DNA of 64,000 nucleotides from Tubulanus polymorphus (lineage: Eukaryota; Animalia; Nemertea): contig NC_134027.1 in NCBI RefSeq assembly GCF_964204645.1, forward strand, positions 22,096,560 to 22,160,559, in the 5' to 3' direction. The notes under the pieces are model-generated. The model was not told the DNA's origin. It saw only the letters and a list, made by a program, of their open reading frames with translations, and searched no databases. The position numbers were made by a program, and so were the translations under genes. Positions 40,301-56,966 of this stretch are shown here, piece by piece. Each line of letters starts with the position of its first letter. Position 1 is the first letter of the stretch.

Positions 40301-43300
40301 TTGTAACAATACGCAGACTTTTTTGCATTTGGGTCTCTGAGTTATCGTATCAGGTATTCGTTATAATTGTAGAATTTAGATGTGATTCTCGATGACGGAG
40401 AAGTCGTTCCATGTCGAGCGTTAGACTGTGATGCTATTATACAAGTCAAAGAGAAAATGTTGGACGCTATTTATAAAAATACGCAATTCTCTCATCGGCC
40501 TTCAATCCATGACCTCGATTTAGGTAAGCTTTGATTTTTTCTGATTTCATCGGTTATCAATCGATATTCATCTACGCGATCGTCGGAGGTATCGATTATG
40601 ATCTAGTCATATTTTAAGTCAAATTGAGAATCTTTGAAAGTCTTTGGGAAATATCCTTCCGTTTGAGTTGGTAGATGGTTAGGATCAGTCAGGACTGCAA
40701 AGTTACGCAATATTATTGGTTCAATTGTCTTTAAAATCGATCGAAGCGCGAAGAAATTATTTCGGTTTTATGCATGTCACAGAATTGGCAGCCATCAGCG
40801 ATTCTGGGAAGACCTGATTCTGGCATCAGCTAAAAATTTCCATCATGCAATCATTGCATCTTCTGATTCTTATGATTTATTGTTTTTCACTGGAGATTGA
40901 AATCTGTATAAGTCGTAAGGACTTAGATTAGTTTGGAGTGATACAAGTCACGGCTAATTTGACGAGCCATTCATATTGTATGTTATAGAGTGGAGGAGTG
41001 GCCAAGGCGGTCACTTGGTGCTGCCAGACGATGACGTCGTCCAGCATCCCGACGGTCCGTTCAAGAGACTGACCACGCTGGGTCACTACGGCGTTCCGGA
41101 TGACGCTCGCATGACTCTCGTTCCCAGGCAACACGACAGTTTGAATCGATCTATTAACAGTAAGTAGAAAAGTCTGAACAATCGAATTTCCTTATAGCAT
41201 ACCAAGTAACTTCTTGGAGAAACTGGATTCGCTTCGAAAGTTGTACTGTAAGCTGTGAGTCTGATTTTAGAGTTGATTCAGATTATCAGGATGGCCACTG
41301 ACCTGGAATAACCTGGAAAATTCAGGGAATCAGAAAAATCTATAAAATATCGGTGAAAACTCGAGGAATATGATGAATTTTACCAAAAATCTGGAAAACT
41401 CGGGGAATTCAGATAATGCTATCAACCACGTGGTTCTTAATCAGTACAGGATTTAATGATAAATGAATGAATCGTAACATTTTAAACCTAGAAATTTCTC
41501 TGATTCACTCAGGGAGTCTTGCGTAATCACATGGAAAATCAGGGATATGGTTACCATCCCTGATTTGATGATAGTATTATGTTCTGACTTAAAAGCTTCA
41601 TTCATAATGATTGGAAATGTCCTTAAGATATTCCCCCCATATGCGCGATGAAACTCGACCCGCTGACCGATTGATTGGATGTTGAGGATGCTGCTTGTAT
41701 TGATGTACATTTATATCTCAATATTTTGTAGGTAGTACATGTGGAACATCTGACACTTCAATTACACCGATTCTTGATGAAGAAACAGGATTAAGAATAT
41801 ACCATCTTGTAAGTTGTCTGTTAGTGACACCTAGCCTAATCTATCTGTGATTTAATGATATTTCTAAAAGATACTTTCTCCTAGTACCTTATATCACTGA
41901 CATTTCACGACCCAGTAACCTCCCCTGTGCCTAGCTTTTATCTATTGGTCATTTTCCATGGAGAGAATTGACATCAAGGGTCGGTTTAATGAAAAAGTTT
42001 AAGCTTTAATCAGTTAAGTTTGACTTGTTGTCCTCATTGAAAACATGAAGAAACCAATGGCAATTACCTACAACAAAAATCTTAATTAAACTTTTTCGTG
42101 AAACAGAACCCTGAGCTGCAGTATCCACACCTTCAGAGTTATCTATTTGAACAGGTATACTGGTATGCAATTTCTCCCAAGGTGGAGAGAGACAATGAGG
42201 ATAGGTATCGCTCCCATCGGTATATAGTTATTCAATATCTTATTTAAAGGTTCGACCACACGATGAAAATCTGGGGCAAGATAGAAACCGCGGAATTACT
42301 GAAATACATTTTCCAAGAATGCTTATCACTAAGGTAACAGCTTTTTCTAGAATTTTACTCATGACTTTCTAGAATTTTACTCATGATTTGGGGGTGGAAA
42401 ATTCAGGGAATTCGTAACTGGGGGGAGTTGCCAGCCTGGGACACGGTGTGGAGATTCAAGAAGTAATCTATCTTAAAATCTATTTCAGCATGCCATTCAA
42501 CCATTCGTCGATGATCTGTTCAAATCGATACTAACCGTCGACGAGAACACATCACCCGCGATCAAATATCTGTTCGATTTCCTCGACCTCTTCGCCAAAG
42601 ATCTTCCGGAAGCTGATGAAGTATTGCATTTATGGAAAAACAATAGGTACGGTTTCTAGCCAGTCCAGTTATTACACAGATATTTTCCTAAATGTTAGCT
42701 TAATGGTGCTGACAGTTTTACAGGGGCAGATTTATGGGCGAGGGGGTTCGGGCCCACGATTTGAAAATTTGAAAAGGATTCAACAATCTTTTCAGATGAA
42801 TTTCTTAAAAGATAACTAACACAGAGGCTCGGACCCGTTTGTGGCCTTTAGGCATAGCTGCCTTTTCCAGCCATTTCTCTCCTTCTAGACCCCACCTTCC
42901 AATTTTCCTAGATCCGACCCCGTTTCGTACCCTAAAATGGTGGATATAATTTAAAAATTTTGTATAATGGACATCTGATGATCATATTCAAAATATATTT
43001 CAGTTTGCCGCTACGTTTCTGGGCGACTGTTATAAAGAATCCGAACTTTCTATTCGACATTCACAAATCGCCGATTCTCGATTCATGTTTAACGGTGATT
43101 TGTCAGACGTTCATGGACAGTTGTTCGACATCTGAACTCAGACTAGGAAAGGTAATATAGTCAGCCGAGATATCCGATGGGGGGGACTAACCGAATAACG
43201 GCTGCACGCACGCTGCAAGCAAATACGCGAGGAATTAGGAGCTTTATTGGTGGAGAAAATATCAAATACAAGTAAAAAATCTGCGTTCACAGACTGACCA

Positions 43301-45105
43301 AAGGTATTATCATAACGGGGACCATGGCTCATGTGGTCCCCCGCTTTGCGGAAAAAAATTGCTAATCCACATCTCACATACGCATAACAAAAGAAGTGCA
43401 GATTGAGTGCAGACCATCAACTAGCCATCATTACAGATCATTTGTTGCTTAGAGCAGATCGTTTGCTAGCTATTAGGAAATTAAACCGAAAGTGCCCCAC
43501 CCCAAGTAATTGTCTAAATTTTACTTTTGGATAAGAGCCATGTTTGTCAGTCTGGGCTTTGCTTCACCAGTGCAGGCAGCCTAAACTGCAGATTTGGGCT
43601 TGTTTCCGTGTAAAATACCCGCCATAGGTACCTACTAGTTCGAAAGCCAACTTGTGTAACAGTCTATACAATTGCCAAAGATTTGCAGCAATGAAAAGGG
43701 GTGGGTGTACCTACCAGAATATTTGAAGAGAATTCAAGCTGCTGTATTCGGTGCATTCGCAGGTACTGATATTTACTACCATATAATAGACATACGAGAC
43801 AATGTCTAAACACGAGCAATATGAAGGCATTCTTTGCTGCAAGTGACAATCATTCACGGGACAAATAGCGACGGAGAGGACATGTTTAAAGTTCGTCGCG
43901 TTTATTTTGCAGGATTCGCCATCGAACAAACTACTGTACGCTAAAGACATTCCAGGTTATAAAGAGATGGTTAACGGTTATTATGAAAGCATACAACAAT
44001 TACCGGCCATCAGTGATCAGGACTTGAGTACATATTTAGGCGCTCTATCTCGGGTATGTACTATCGATAGTCTCCAACTATTTATTCGTCATCGGTTTAT
44101 GAGTTTTGAATATCGTTTTCGCTATATTTTTTCGTGTAGGATCATCCGACTGAGTTTAATTTAACTGCAGCTGCTAAAGAATTATTCGAATATGTGTCCA
44201 GATATTTTGTGGAGGTAAGCACTGAAGCACGGATAATTTTTCTCGTTGTGCCATAGTTGGGAGGGACCTTGTTACCAGGTTACGTATAGGTATAACATAG
44301 TCATCTTATATTTAATGAATATAAGATGATAAGATGATAAGATATTTGATAAATACCAGATAACTCTGTTATACCTCTCTACATTACCCGGTATCAAGGT
44401 CCCTCCCAACTCAAATATGATCAAGAAATGGACTGTTCAATAATACCCTGACTCTTCATACCAGTACTTTGACCAATACTTTAAAGGGGTAGCCTGCTCA
44501 AACGTTGTTATTTGTTAAATGATTGATCTTGAAATAGGGATCGTCCCACTTATATATTTGATTGGTCGATTCATGGACTCGCAAAATCCTTACTGAATAA
44601 ATTGATGCATAGAATATACTGATCAACTAGTAGTTAACGTCACACGGAGAGCATGCGTGACTGATAGTTGTCTTAGAGTCCATCGTTGATTTTATTTGGT
44701 GTTCCTTACAGACCCGCACACGCACGGAAAGATATAGGTAGTACTCCGTACGTTAACTGATTTCATTTGAAATTACAAGCTTTCGCTACTAGTGCATAGT
44801 AGCTTCATGAGGTAAATGATAGCCATGAAAGAGAGAAACTTGAAATTTCAAATGAGATCAATCAACTTATATGGTACTACCTGTTTCCGCATGAAATTTG
44901 CTGATAATAAGAAATACTCACAATAGTGAAATCTTGTGTTCCAGTATGTCATGCAATTTGAATCTGAAGTTGAATTCGTGTTGATCATTCATTGTAGATT
45001 TGTGAAGTATTGGAACAGTGCAATGACACTTCGAGATTCGTGGCGAAGCTTGAACAAATAAAAGTAATGGCTGAAACTGACAATACGCTTGTATCTGTGT
45101 TATAG
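19358..45105 (+). CDS. Plexin (plexin-B-like semaphorin receptor), 33 coding exons, ~1854 aa
   Basis: Exons with GT-AG boundaries and consistent phase: 19358-20380, 20600-20758, 20970-21101, 21787-21887, 22019-22145, 22785-22944, 23672-23768, 24555-24669, 25992-26126, 26660-26761, 27386-27637, 28476-28633, 28740-28988, 29624-29794, 30416-30515, 31596-31958, 32646-32804, 36136-36364, 36840-36982, 37393-37520, 38219-38278, 38370-38444, 38742-38808, 39337-39483, 40373-40523, 40989-41159, 41732-41808, 42250-42333, 42489-42646, 43004-43151, 43913-44053, 44140-44214, 44998-45105 (sum 5565 nt). Signal peptide; Sema ([29 protein letters not shown]); PSI (DPHCGWC, CNWC, CKWC); IPT ([24 protein letters not shown]); TM at ~36200-36270; [72 protein letters not shown]. 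Confidence 0.95.
21468..21780 (+). mobile_element. tRNA-derived SINE (CORE-like body, (TTA)n tail) in plexin intron 3
   Basis: A-box-like GAGTGGTTAGAGCG, B-box-like GGTTTCGAACCCC, CORE-like GTGTCCTCGGGCAAGACACTT, then CTCCACCCAGGAGTAAATGGG, and 3' GCGCTGTATAAAT...(TTA)n. Confidence 0.8.
24866..25095. repeat. Long imperfect inverted repeat (~100-bp arms) in plexin intron 8
   Basis: GATAAAAATCCACTATGTACAAAT...AAAATCTAAAATGTAAAATACA.GACG pairs with CGTCGTGTATTTTACATTTTAGATTTT...ATTTGTACGTAGTGGGTTTTTATC. Confidence 0.85.
25318..25862. mobile_element. hAT-like non-autonomous element (545 bp)
   Basis: Perfect 12-bp TIRs CAGGGATGAAAA / TTTTCATCCCTG matching the Ac-type hAT terminus; no clean 8-bp TSD. 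Confidence 0.6.
26270..26518. mobile_element. Foldback MITE in plexin intron 9
   Basis: GGTACCGATAATTCCATATTCAAGATGGC... pairs with ...GCCATCTTATATATGGAATTATGGGTACC. Confidence 0.65.
34486..34648. repeat. 39-bp tandem repeat just 3' of the nested GPCR stop
   Basis: CAGTTCCACAGTTGTGTGGATTTAATTTCACTCTGAATC; units start at 34556, 34595 and 34634, plus a degenerate upstream unit. Confidence 0.85.
34659..35612 (-). CDS. Intronless FMRFamide-receptor/Srw-like GPCR nested antisense in plexin intron 17 (317 aa)
   Basis: TM1 GVAFN, TM2 LAIVD, TM3 [23 protein letters not shown]6 LEFP, TM7 [14 protein letters not shown]; lies between plexin exons ending at 32804 and starting at 36136. Confidence 0.9.
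   Translation of the reverse strand: MNKTVVYIYSPVTEFAWISNAYIIPPLVVVGVAFNAMVIVVFRKLKVNKNRCFDLLKYLAIVDIMFLLALFVTYPIRYYVHYARYGHSIKKFTNDRIYPVNLNIWGSMITKVFLLFRNFLTVIIQCERLVTIVFPLYVKRSLKPLVIATGLLSMAMGTYYPITVRVKMASSFKEFQFVHYMSYTHGIYTRIYGIMNKYIDPIIRVIITNILVFAANIALIIVLYIKSKQRKTLSASKVSPSQNQTKATKMVLTMSMVFTVLEFPGFLGKFGGFAFYKTVVNQIYGVSAVVNSCVNFILYTIVNKQFRDTLFHLLKII
44256..44410. mobile_element. Foldback MITE in plexin intron 32
   Basis: GTTGGGAGGGACCTTGTTACC... pairs with ...GGTATCAAGGTCCCTCCCAAC. Confidence 0.7.
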
Positions 45106-45807
45106 ATATGTGTCCTATCTGGTGCTAGATTTATAAAATATATATTCAAAGGAAGCAAGTGCCTTTATCAATGCTGGGCTAGATTGATATTTTAAAGTTA
45201 CAGTAGACTTGTCTTAGGGGCCAACCGATATCACAGAGTTCAAATCAAAATTTTGAAGAAGATACTACGGACAACCTGTGGACAATGATTGAGACTAAAA
45301 TATCTTATGGGTAAGAGTTTTAGAGGTGCTCGTACGAAGGCCACTTTCTTGCTCGCCTCGAGACGGTCGAAGTCTGCTACTGTATTCGGAATTGAATCGG
45401 TGCTTTTTCGATTCGCTGTAATTACCGTAAACATTAGATATAAACTCAGGAGGAGAAAAAAGCGTTGTAATTAAAATTGAAGATAGATTCATCAGTGTTT
45501 GTATATATTTGTTACTTGTGATTATATGTACTGGGTATGAATTCACTGAAATGCGAGTCAGGTGTTTGTCGTAGAACAGTCGCGGAAGTGAAAGGCGGAA
45601 CAACTGAATTTCTGGTCATCTTGGAGCCAATGGCATCGATAGATATTTTTCGATTCGGATTTATTGTGGTATTTATGATAGACATGACGTCTTTGAGATT
45701 TCAGGTCTCCACAAAAATTCTACTTAACTTGTAGAGTTTTACAAAACTTACAACTCTTGAACTGAGACCTTACAGAGTTTAAATTCACCTTTTAGAGCTT
45801 ACCCTTC

Positions 45808-46577
45808 AGGCTGGCTTATGTCGACAAGCAACGCGACGCCTACCGACTCCTACCGACGCAACTGAGAGCGATCGCAGCCCAGCTTATGTCGACTGCGCTC
45901 CGATTCGCAGCAACTGAGGCCGACTAGCGGGATATGAGATCCTCCCAGTTGCTTCCCTGCTTATGTCGGTTGCGATTACTGGCAACTGTAACGGCTCAGA
46001 TGGTCACGTGATAAGCACTTTGAGAATAAATTTGAATTATTAGGAAATATATTTCTATTAGAAAAGCTATTTCTTTAAGACTTTGATCTTTCTGATTCTG
46101 TTTTGAATACAACGTACTAGCGACATCTATAAAGATGGCCGCTCACACCATAATTCTACCAATTTCGTTTCTAGATCTTCGGTCCAGTCCTCTGCCGTGC
46201 TGAAGGTTTGGTTTACGCTTTGAACTACTTGAATTTGAAAGTTTATGACTAATTACGAATGACGCTAACTAGCGGTGATAATTTGTACTATGTAAATGCG
46301 GTCTCTCATTGGCTGGAACCCCTGCGCTCAGTTCCGTCGCGTCGCAGATGAGCTTATGTCGGCTGCGATCGAAAGCAACTACCCGCCTACCGTAGGCCGG
46401 AGTAGAACATGGGCAACTAGCCGGATACGACGAGTCGGTAGGCGTCGCGTTGCCGTCGCAAGCCGGCTTATGTCGAACCGATAGAGCAGCAACTGGCGGC
46501 CTCTCGTAGGCCGCTAGTTGCCGCTAATCGGCGATATACCCAGTTGCGTCGCGTTGCTTGTCGACATAAGCCAGCCT
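45808..46577. mobile_element. Non-autonomous DNA transposon, PIF/Harbinger-like (770 bp)
   Basis: Perfect 32-bp TIRs AGGCTGGCTTATGTCGACAAGCAACGCGACGC; internal GCTTATGTCG subrepeats; flanks TTC / TTA (near a TTA TSD). Confidence 0.8.
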
Positions 46578-49500
46578 TTATTGAAAACATGGAATAAACA
46601 ATAGCCTAACATTGTTTGAGCAACTACCAGGGCATATGCGCACTGAGCCTAATCTCAGGCATTGGCTCAGTCTCATGGTGCCATCAGATTCGAATCCCTG
46701 CCCTAGGAGGCTGGATAAATGACAGTGGGTCAGTGGTTCTGTCTTATGTGTGAAATATGAAATATTTTAATACTTGTCGATGTAGTTAGAAATTCTTGAC
46801 TCTATTTTCAGTGAGTATTTTTAACAAATACGTATGTAAATTTTTACTGATAGGTTATAGAAAAAACCTGTGGCTGATGACACTTAAATAACTTCATTAT
46901 TATCATTACTAATATTATTATCATCGAAACTAAGATTAAATGTAAATTGTTGCTATATTTGTAAAGATAAGATGTACATTTTACTTCGGTATATTAGAAA
47001 CGAAAAGACAGCCCCTCCACATAAGTAAAAGGTTTTTTCAAGCCTAAACCTGGTAAAAAGGTTCTTTTGGTAGACCTTTGCGAGGGGTTGTAACCTTTTG
47101 AACAACAAATGGTGCTACTGCGATGTATTAAGATTGTATTAAGATTGTATTCGCTAACTTTTGCTGCTTATGTATACTGAGATTACAACTAGGTTTGTCA
47201 TGGGTAGTAAAATTGTCAATCTACACTTGAGCCTAAATGTCAGTTTCAAGGGTAATGGGTACTACATCTTTACACCGAGAAAACGGTCTCCAATTATGTT
47301 TCACTCTACAGTGACGCATCATTCATGGTTCTTTTTCAGTTATTTTAACCTGAGACTCCACTTAATCTCGATCAATGCGATGCCGGCGCACACCAGATGG
47401 CGCAACAATGCACTCAGTTATAGAGTAGTAAAAATTTTTCATTTTCAATGAACCTTGAACTGGATTTTTAGGCTCCCAAATTGAAATTTATCAAACAAGT
47501 AATCAAATATATATATATATTTGTGATCGTCGCGTTGCGTCACAAGTGGCCGCGCAAATCGGTTGCGATGCAGTTGTCGGCGACTAGTCGCAACAGCACG
47601 CAGGTCGGTTGCGACAGTCGCGTCGCGTCGCAGAAAGTAGAACATGTGCGACTCATTGCGACTGACGTCGCTGGCAGTCGCAACCCGTCGCTGGCAGTCG
47701 CAAGGTAGCTTAGGTCGGTTGGTCGTTGCGACGCGTGGCTTTAGATTGGGATCCCTAATGAGTGTATTGTATAGTTTTACTGAAAAAAAGATTTGCCGCA
47801 TTTAATTGAAATGAAGAAGAAATTTAAGCGCAGTAACCGAGTAACCACTAGCGAATGTGGCGGATCCTCGCCTGCCATAAGTGGAATCCTCGATTGCCAC
47901 AGTAGCACTGCGCGGGTACCCCATTGATACCAGAATTAAATCCACCTAAGTGCGTGAAATACAAACCATAATCCGGATCATTTTGGCACCAACGAAATTC
48001 ATCTGGTTGATGAGAAATCCAGATTAAACGTGATATTTTACAGAACATTTATGTTAAGCTGGACCATGAATGATATTCGGATTAGATCGAAATCTGGATT
48101 AACTAACCCGGATTAAGCCGATTTGACTATATTTCAATTCAAGAGCAAAAAAATACTACAGTTTAAGAATCTAGAGGTGTAATGTTTCGACATTTGAATT
48201 GGCTCGGTGGGAATCAAGTGTAGAGATGAATATACTATCGGTTTGAGTTGTGATTTTATTATAGGAATATTAGTGGAATTATGCTGCTGGAACTTTGTAG
48301 ACAATCTTTGTGAAACTTTCGTATGACACGAGCTCACAATTATTAGACTTACTGTATAGTTTTATTATTGACGAAAAAGGTATAGGAAAATGTACTACAT
48401 CTTTTTTTTTAACCGAGAGTTTCATTATGTATGTTCTCAGGTAAACAGATGAATGTCCGTAGGGCTGGTTTAGCGGGCTCGGGCCAGTTGCGCAAAAGTT
48501 GCTTAGAGTTAACCAGTCGATTGTTGGCGTCGTGAAAATTAAAAGTTTGTTGTTACTATCCACTGGTTATCTTTAACCAACTTTTGAGCAACTGGGCCCT
48601 GGTAATGAATTCAACGGTTAGGGAACTCGCTGGAAGTCGTATTCGTATGTATTGCTCCATAACGATTTACGCAGGCTAAGATTTATCGGTGAGCGATATG
48701 CAAATAAAGTGGAAACTTGTTACAATGAACTTCTAGGTACCAGAAAACCAAGGCTGGGTTTCATAGATGTGGAAGAAAGATAGTCCCTGGGAACATTTTG
48801 AAATTTGTCAGTTATAACCATGGTTTCTCATTGTAACTATGGTGGTTGTCACCCAAATTGTGGATTTACCCCTAGGGATTACTTTGATACCAGTCTATGA
48901 AACCGGGCCCAGGTTTTTGATAACTGTTATAAGATTTATCAAATTCTCCGATATAGGTGAAAGTGTTACGTTTGTTATATGCTATCAGGGGCCGACTCGG
49001 ACCTTAATCCGTGATCACGCGGGCGTTTTTGACCCGTGCCAGATTAGGCCCGGGCTAACCTTTCACATGGGTGCCAAATGGGCCCGTGCCTGATCGGCGA
49101 AAGATTGCGTGTGAATACTAACTGGTTCCGGAAATGACTCACTTCGCCTTTGTTTGAGAATTGTTTAGTATTGAGTGAGTGGTTTGCGTGTGAACGCGCT
49201 CTTTGATTAGGCACGGGCCAAATGTTACGATTCTGATTCGGGCCAATTTGACCCGGGCCATACCGTCCCGTGTGGTTGTGGCTATAGTTAACGTAGTACG
49301 TACTAAAGTCGTGATAACGGGTACTTTTCTTAATTGAGATCAAAATCTTTGCACCAGCTTTGCGCTATTCGTTCGTCGGAATACTTTATAACCGTGTCAA
49401 CAACGAATGAGGATTTTTACCCGGAAACTGCCCTTCACTGTTAGTACTACAGTCGGAATTCACCTCTGCGTACGCCCCTGGGCTCAGTCAAGTCCAAAAG

Positions 49501-52011
49501 TAGTCATAAATCTAGAGACTGGTCTGAAATTGATAGATTGGCTTTGAAAGAAGGTTGTCGAAATTGACTGTTCGAAAAATCTAAGCGACGACTGGGCACC
49601 TGTCCACTATCTGAAGACAGAAGTTCATTATAGCGAGATTGCACTCTATATATGTTCAGATGATTTTCATTTTTGTAACGGCGTGCTTTACCCCGAGTGA
49701 ACGATAAAAATCTTTTAACAAGTGTACATGAGAATCCAGTCCCGACCGGACTTCGACGGATGCAAATAATTCGAAACTGCAGCTCTCGAATCGCGCTGAA
49801 CCGAGAACGAAAATTATGTAACGAAGCTTTAGCGTAACGTAGTATAATATGGGAAGCAAGAGAGATAAATATATATATATATATATATATTGATAATTAT
49901 TATTATCATTATTATTATTATTATTATTATCATGATTATACGTAAATTATGTACATATATTTAAGCGATTAATATATAAGATTATGACAAATTGGCGTTT
50001 CATTCGGAAATGTATGCGAGAATAGCTTTCGCTTCACAGAGTGTATGTGGACGAGTATGCATTTGTAGAACAGAAATGTGGCTTTTTTTAAGAGAAAAAT
50101 CGTGGTTTTCTTTTGAAATTGATCGGGCGACGATTGCCGAGGGTACGGATAGTGTTATGATTTGTATTTTTAGAATGTTTATACTTTTAATTCTTCGCGC
50201 TTTATACGGACAAAAATCTACGCATTCGTATAGGTGGCATCTGGCTTAAGACCAGGACCCAGTCGCGCAGGAGTCTACACTTGTCATAATTCAGGGGCCG
50301 ACCCAGGCTGGGAGAAAGGAACGGGTTCACTTCAGATGACAAGGGTGCTTTATTACTCGAATTATTACAGAATTTAGAAAATTTAGGCACATTTTTTTGC
50401 AATTTAAGTGCATATTACTGCTTTAAGAAGTTGGTGACATAAATCAATGTCGGGTGGAATTTTTCGCAGCTGATTTGCAAAAGGGCACTTGCTCTTGGAC
50501 CCCCCGAACCCCCCTCTGAATCCACGCCTGCAGGTCTAGACTTCTGTAATTAGTTCTTTTAACGTCATCATTTCGGCCAGGTTTGGACCAAGTAATTTCA
50601 AGCACAGCGGTTTATTGTAGGGTTTTACTTAAACCAGTTTGCGTAGTACGATATTTGAATTATCAAAATACTTGTTTTTTTCTTAAACAGTTGCATGATT
50701 TTGCATAGAATGATAAAGTATGACTAAAATATAGCTGATTTTCTATAACGATTCTGCTGCCTGTCTCCGCGTTGACCAACTTCGTTATGTAAAACTGGCA
50801 TTTTATAGCATTTAATTATGAAGAATATTGTAATGATTATCAATATTAATATTATTGATGAATAAATTATTTGTGATAAGTCATTATTTGTATCTGAATT
50901 GTTCTTCAGTTATTCTTGGCTCCAGTTGCACAGATTTTACTCCGGATCATTATTCCGCGATTGTGAATTTTAAGGTCTGATGTCTCGTCATCAATCCAGT
51001 TTCGAAAAGAGCTGAGAAAATCGATTAAGTCATTGATGAAAAAGCTTAAACGAGCCTAGTCGAAACGTCGAATAGACTAACAGCTCTAGGAAACGTCTAG
51101 GGGGGACTAATCCCCCTGGTCCCTTGGATCCGTCCTTTGTTTTTCCTGTTCCATTGTCCCGTCACTGTCTATTGAAACAGGTACAACTTTCATTTTGAAA
51201 ATGTACATCTCGGTTATGTCCTTGTCACGTTGTTAATGCAGAGTCACTCGCTGTGCGCGTCCGTTGTTTTAGATGCACATTATTTAATCAGCCGTTTGGG
51301 GTTGAGTATTTAACTGTATATATATTTATATGTGGTACGTAGTAATTCGAACGGTGGTCGCTCGCGGCGAACAAGTTTTCCCATTAATGGAAGGAGGCAA
51401 TTTTGCAATATTTGTTCAAGAAATTGTTTGCGATGGTGCTTATATATATATACATATTACGCGCTTTAACACTACACTTTTACCAATTTCACAGCGCCTA
51501 CTTCAATTTTGAATTGCAACGATCCAAAGTAGGCCTACTCCACGCGAATTAGAACAAAAAATCACTTCAAATTCTTCTTGTCCCTGTGCGATATTCTAAT
51601 TGCATTGTAGTTTAGTGCGATCCTCGCGAGACGTATAGGCCTATTCGCAACAGGCGACCATTGCGGGCATGTTTTATGTTGCGCTGGTCAGCAGCGTTGA
51701 GACTTGTTATTTCAAAAATAGTCTAAATCACTCCCAACAATAGTTCGCGCTATACCCGGCCTACGTATGTACGTACACGCGTGACTGTATAAACACTGTT
51801 GAATTTGAATTTCAGACTCTCATGTTCTGACCAGAACGTGGATTATACATTTCTTCCAGGGATAAATCACCGTAGATGAATATGCCGAACAGAATTAAAG
51901 CATAGGCTACTACTGAAAATGTGATTATGGTCTCATCGACATCTTCACGGATTATCGCCGGGAAAATCTATCTAAATTCAGTCGTGGTTAGTTTTTGATT
52001 GGAAAAGAGCC

Positions 52012-55031
<3,020 letters not shown>

Positions 55032-55884
55032 AATGTATTTGTACCGCTATCGGGGCCTATAAGTATCGTAAAATAACAATAGTGTTCGTATTCGGAATTG
55101 AGAAAAGATAAATAATGAATTGATGAATTTAATCTCGCCTGATTGTTTCTGCTACTCTCGCTAACAAGGGGTGGATAGTTTCAAAGTGCAAAGAGCTCTG
55201 TCACGATAGTCAGTAACCTGTCTGTGGTTTAGTTTCACGATCCGATATTATCACCAGCGCATCGGATTATAAAAGCTGTCCAGCCATTTCTCACCGTATC
55301 TTAAAAATGTCATCTGGAGTTATCTTGGCGGGACTAGGTTGTCCGCTGGCCCCCGTAAAGGGAAAAGTTGCTGTCATAGTCCTTAACACATGGAAGGAAA
55401 TAATGTATGTTTCAATCTTTGAATAACTTTTTTTCACCAACCCCCCAAAATGTAACCGTTTAGCCTCCAGTACAGAAGAAAATCGCTGTCGTGCTGATAA
55501 ATGGTATCCCGACATTCATTTCTATGATTATCGATTAAAACTATGCATTTCTACGCTTTGAATAGATACAAATTCTACCCCCCTTTTAGGGGCCAACCCG
55601 ATCAAGCGTACAGCATTCGACCCAGTAGCAACATATCGATCGTTGTTGTTTTGGGTCGTTTCTTATAAATTGGGCATGTCAAACAAGCGACATACGTACG
55701 GTATGAGTCACTTTCACTTTTAGAAAACAGACATGTCGATAAAATTAAAATTCTATGAAGTTATAGTCGGGTCGTAACTAGTGTTTGCGGATAAACTTCG
55801 CAATTCATAATTCATCTTAATTCAATCTAATCCAATCGGAATTAGTTGTACCGGTCTGTCACATGTTTGTTGTACTTGTAAATG

Positions 55885-56674
<790 letters not shown>

Positions 56675-56966
56675 GTGTAAGCATATACATTGCCAGCAGA
56701 AATAGTAATTATATGCCTAAACATTTACCAATTTCACAGCTCTTCAATACTTCAATTTCGAATATTGCAACAAATACGTGTTTGGTCAGCAGCGTTGAGA
56801 ATTTTCATAGCCTAGATCGCTCAGAACTCGCTCAACAATAGTTCTCGTGACTGTAACGGCGACTATTTCTTTCAGAGATATTTCGCTTACTGAATAAATC
56901 GATTTAACCGAATTAAGACATCAACATATTTAGGGATTATCACCAGATATTTGTTTCGATTGAACC

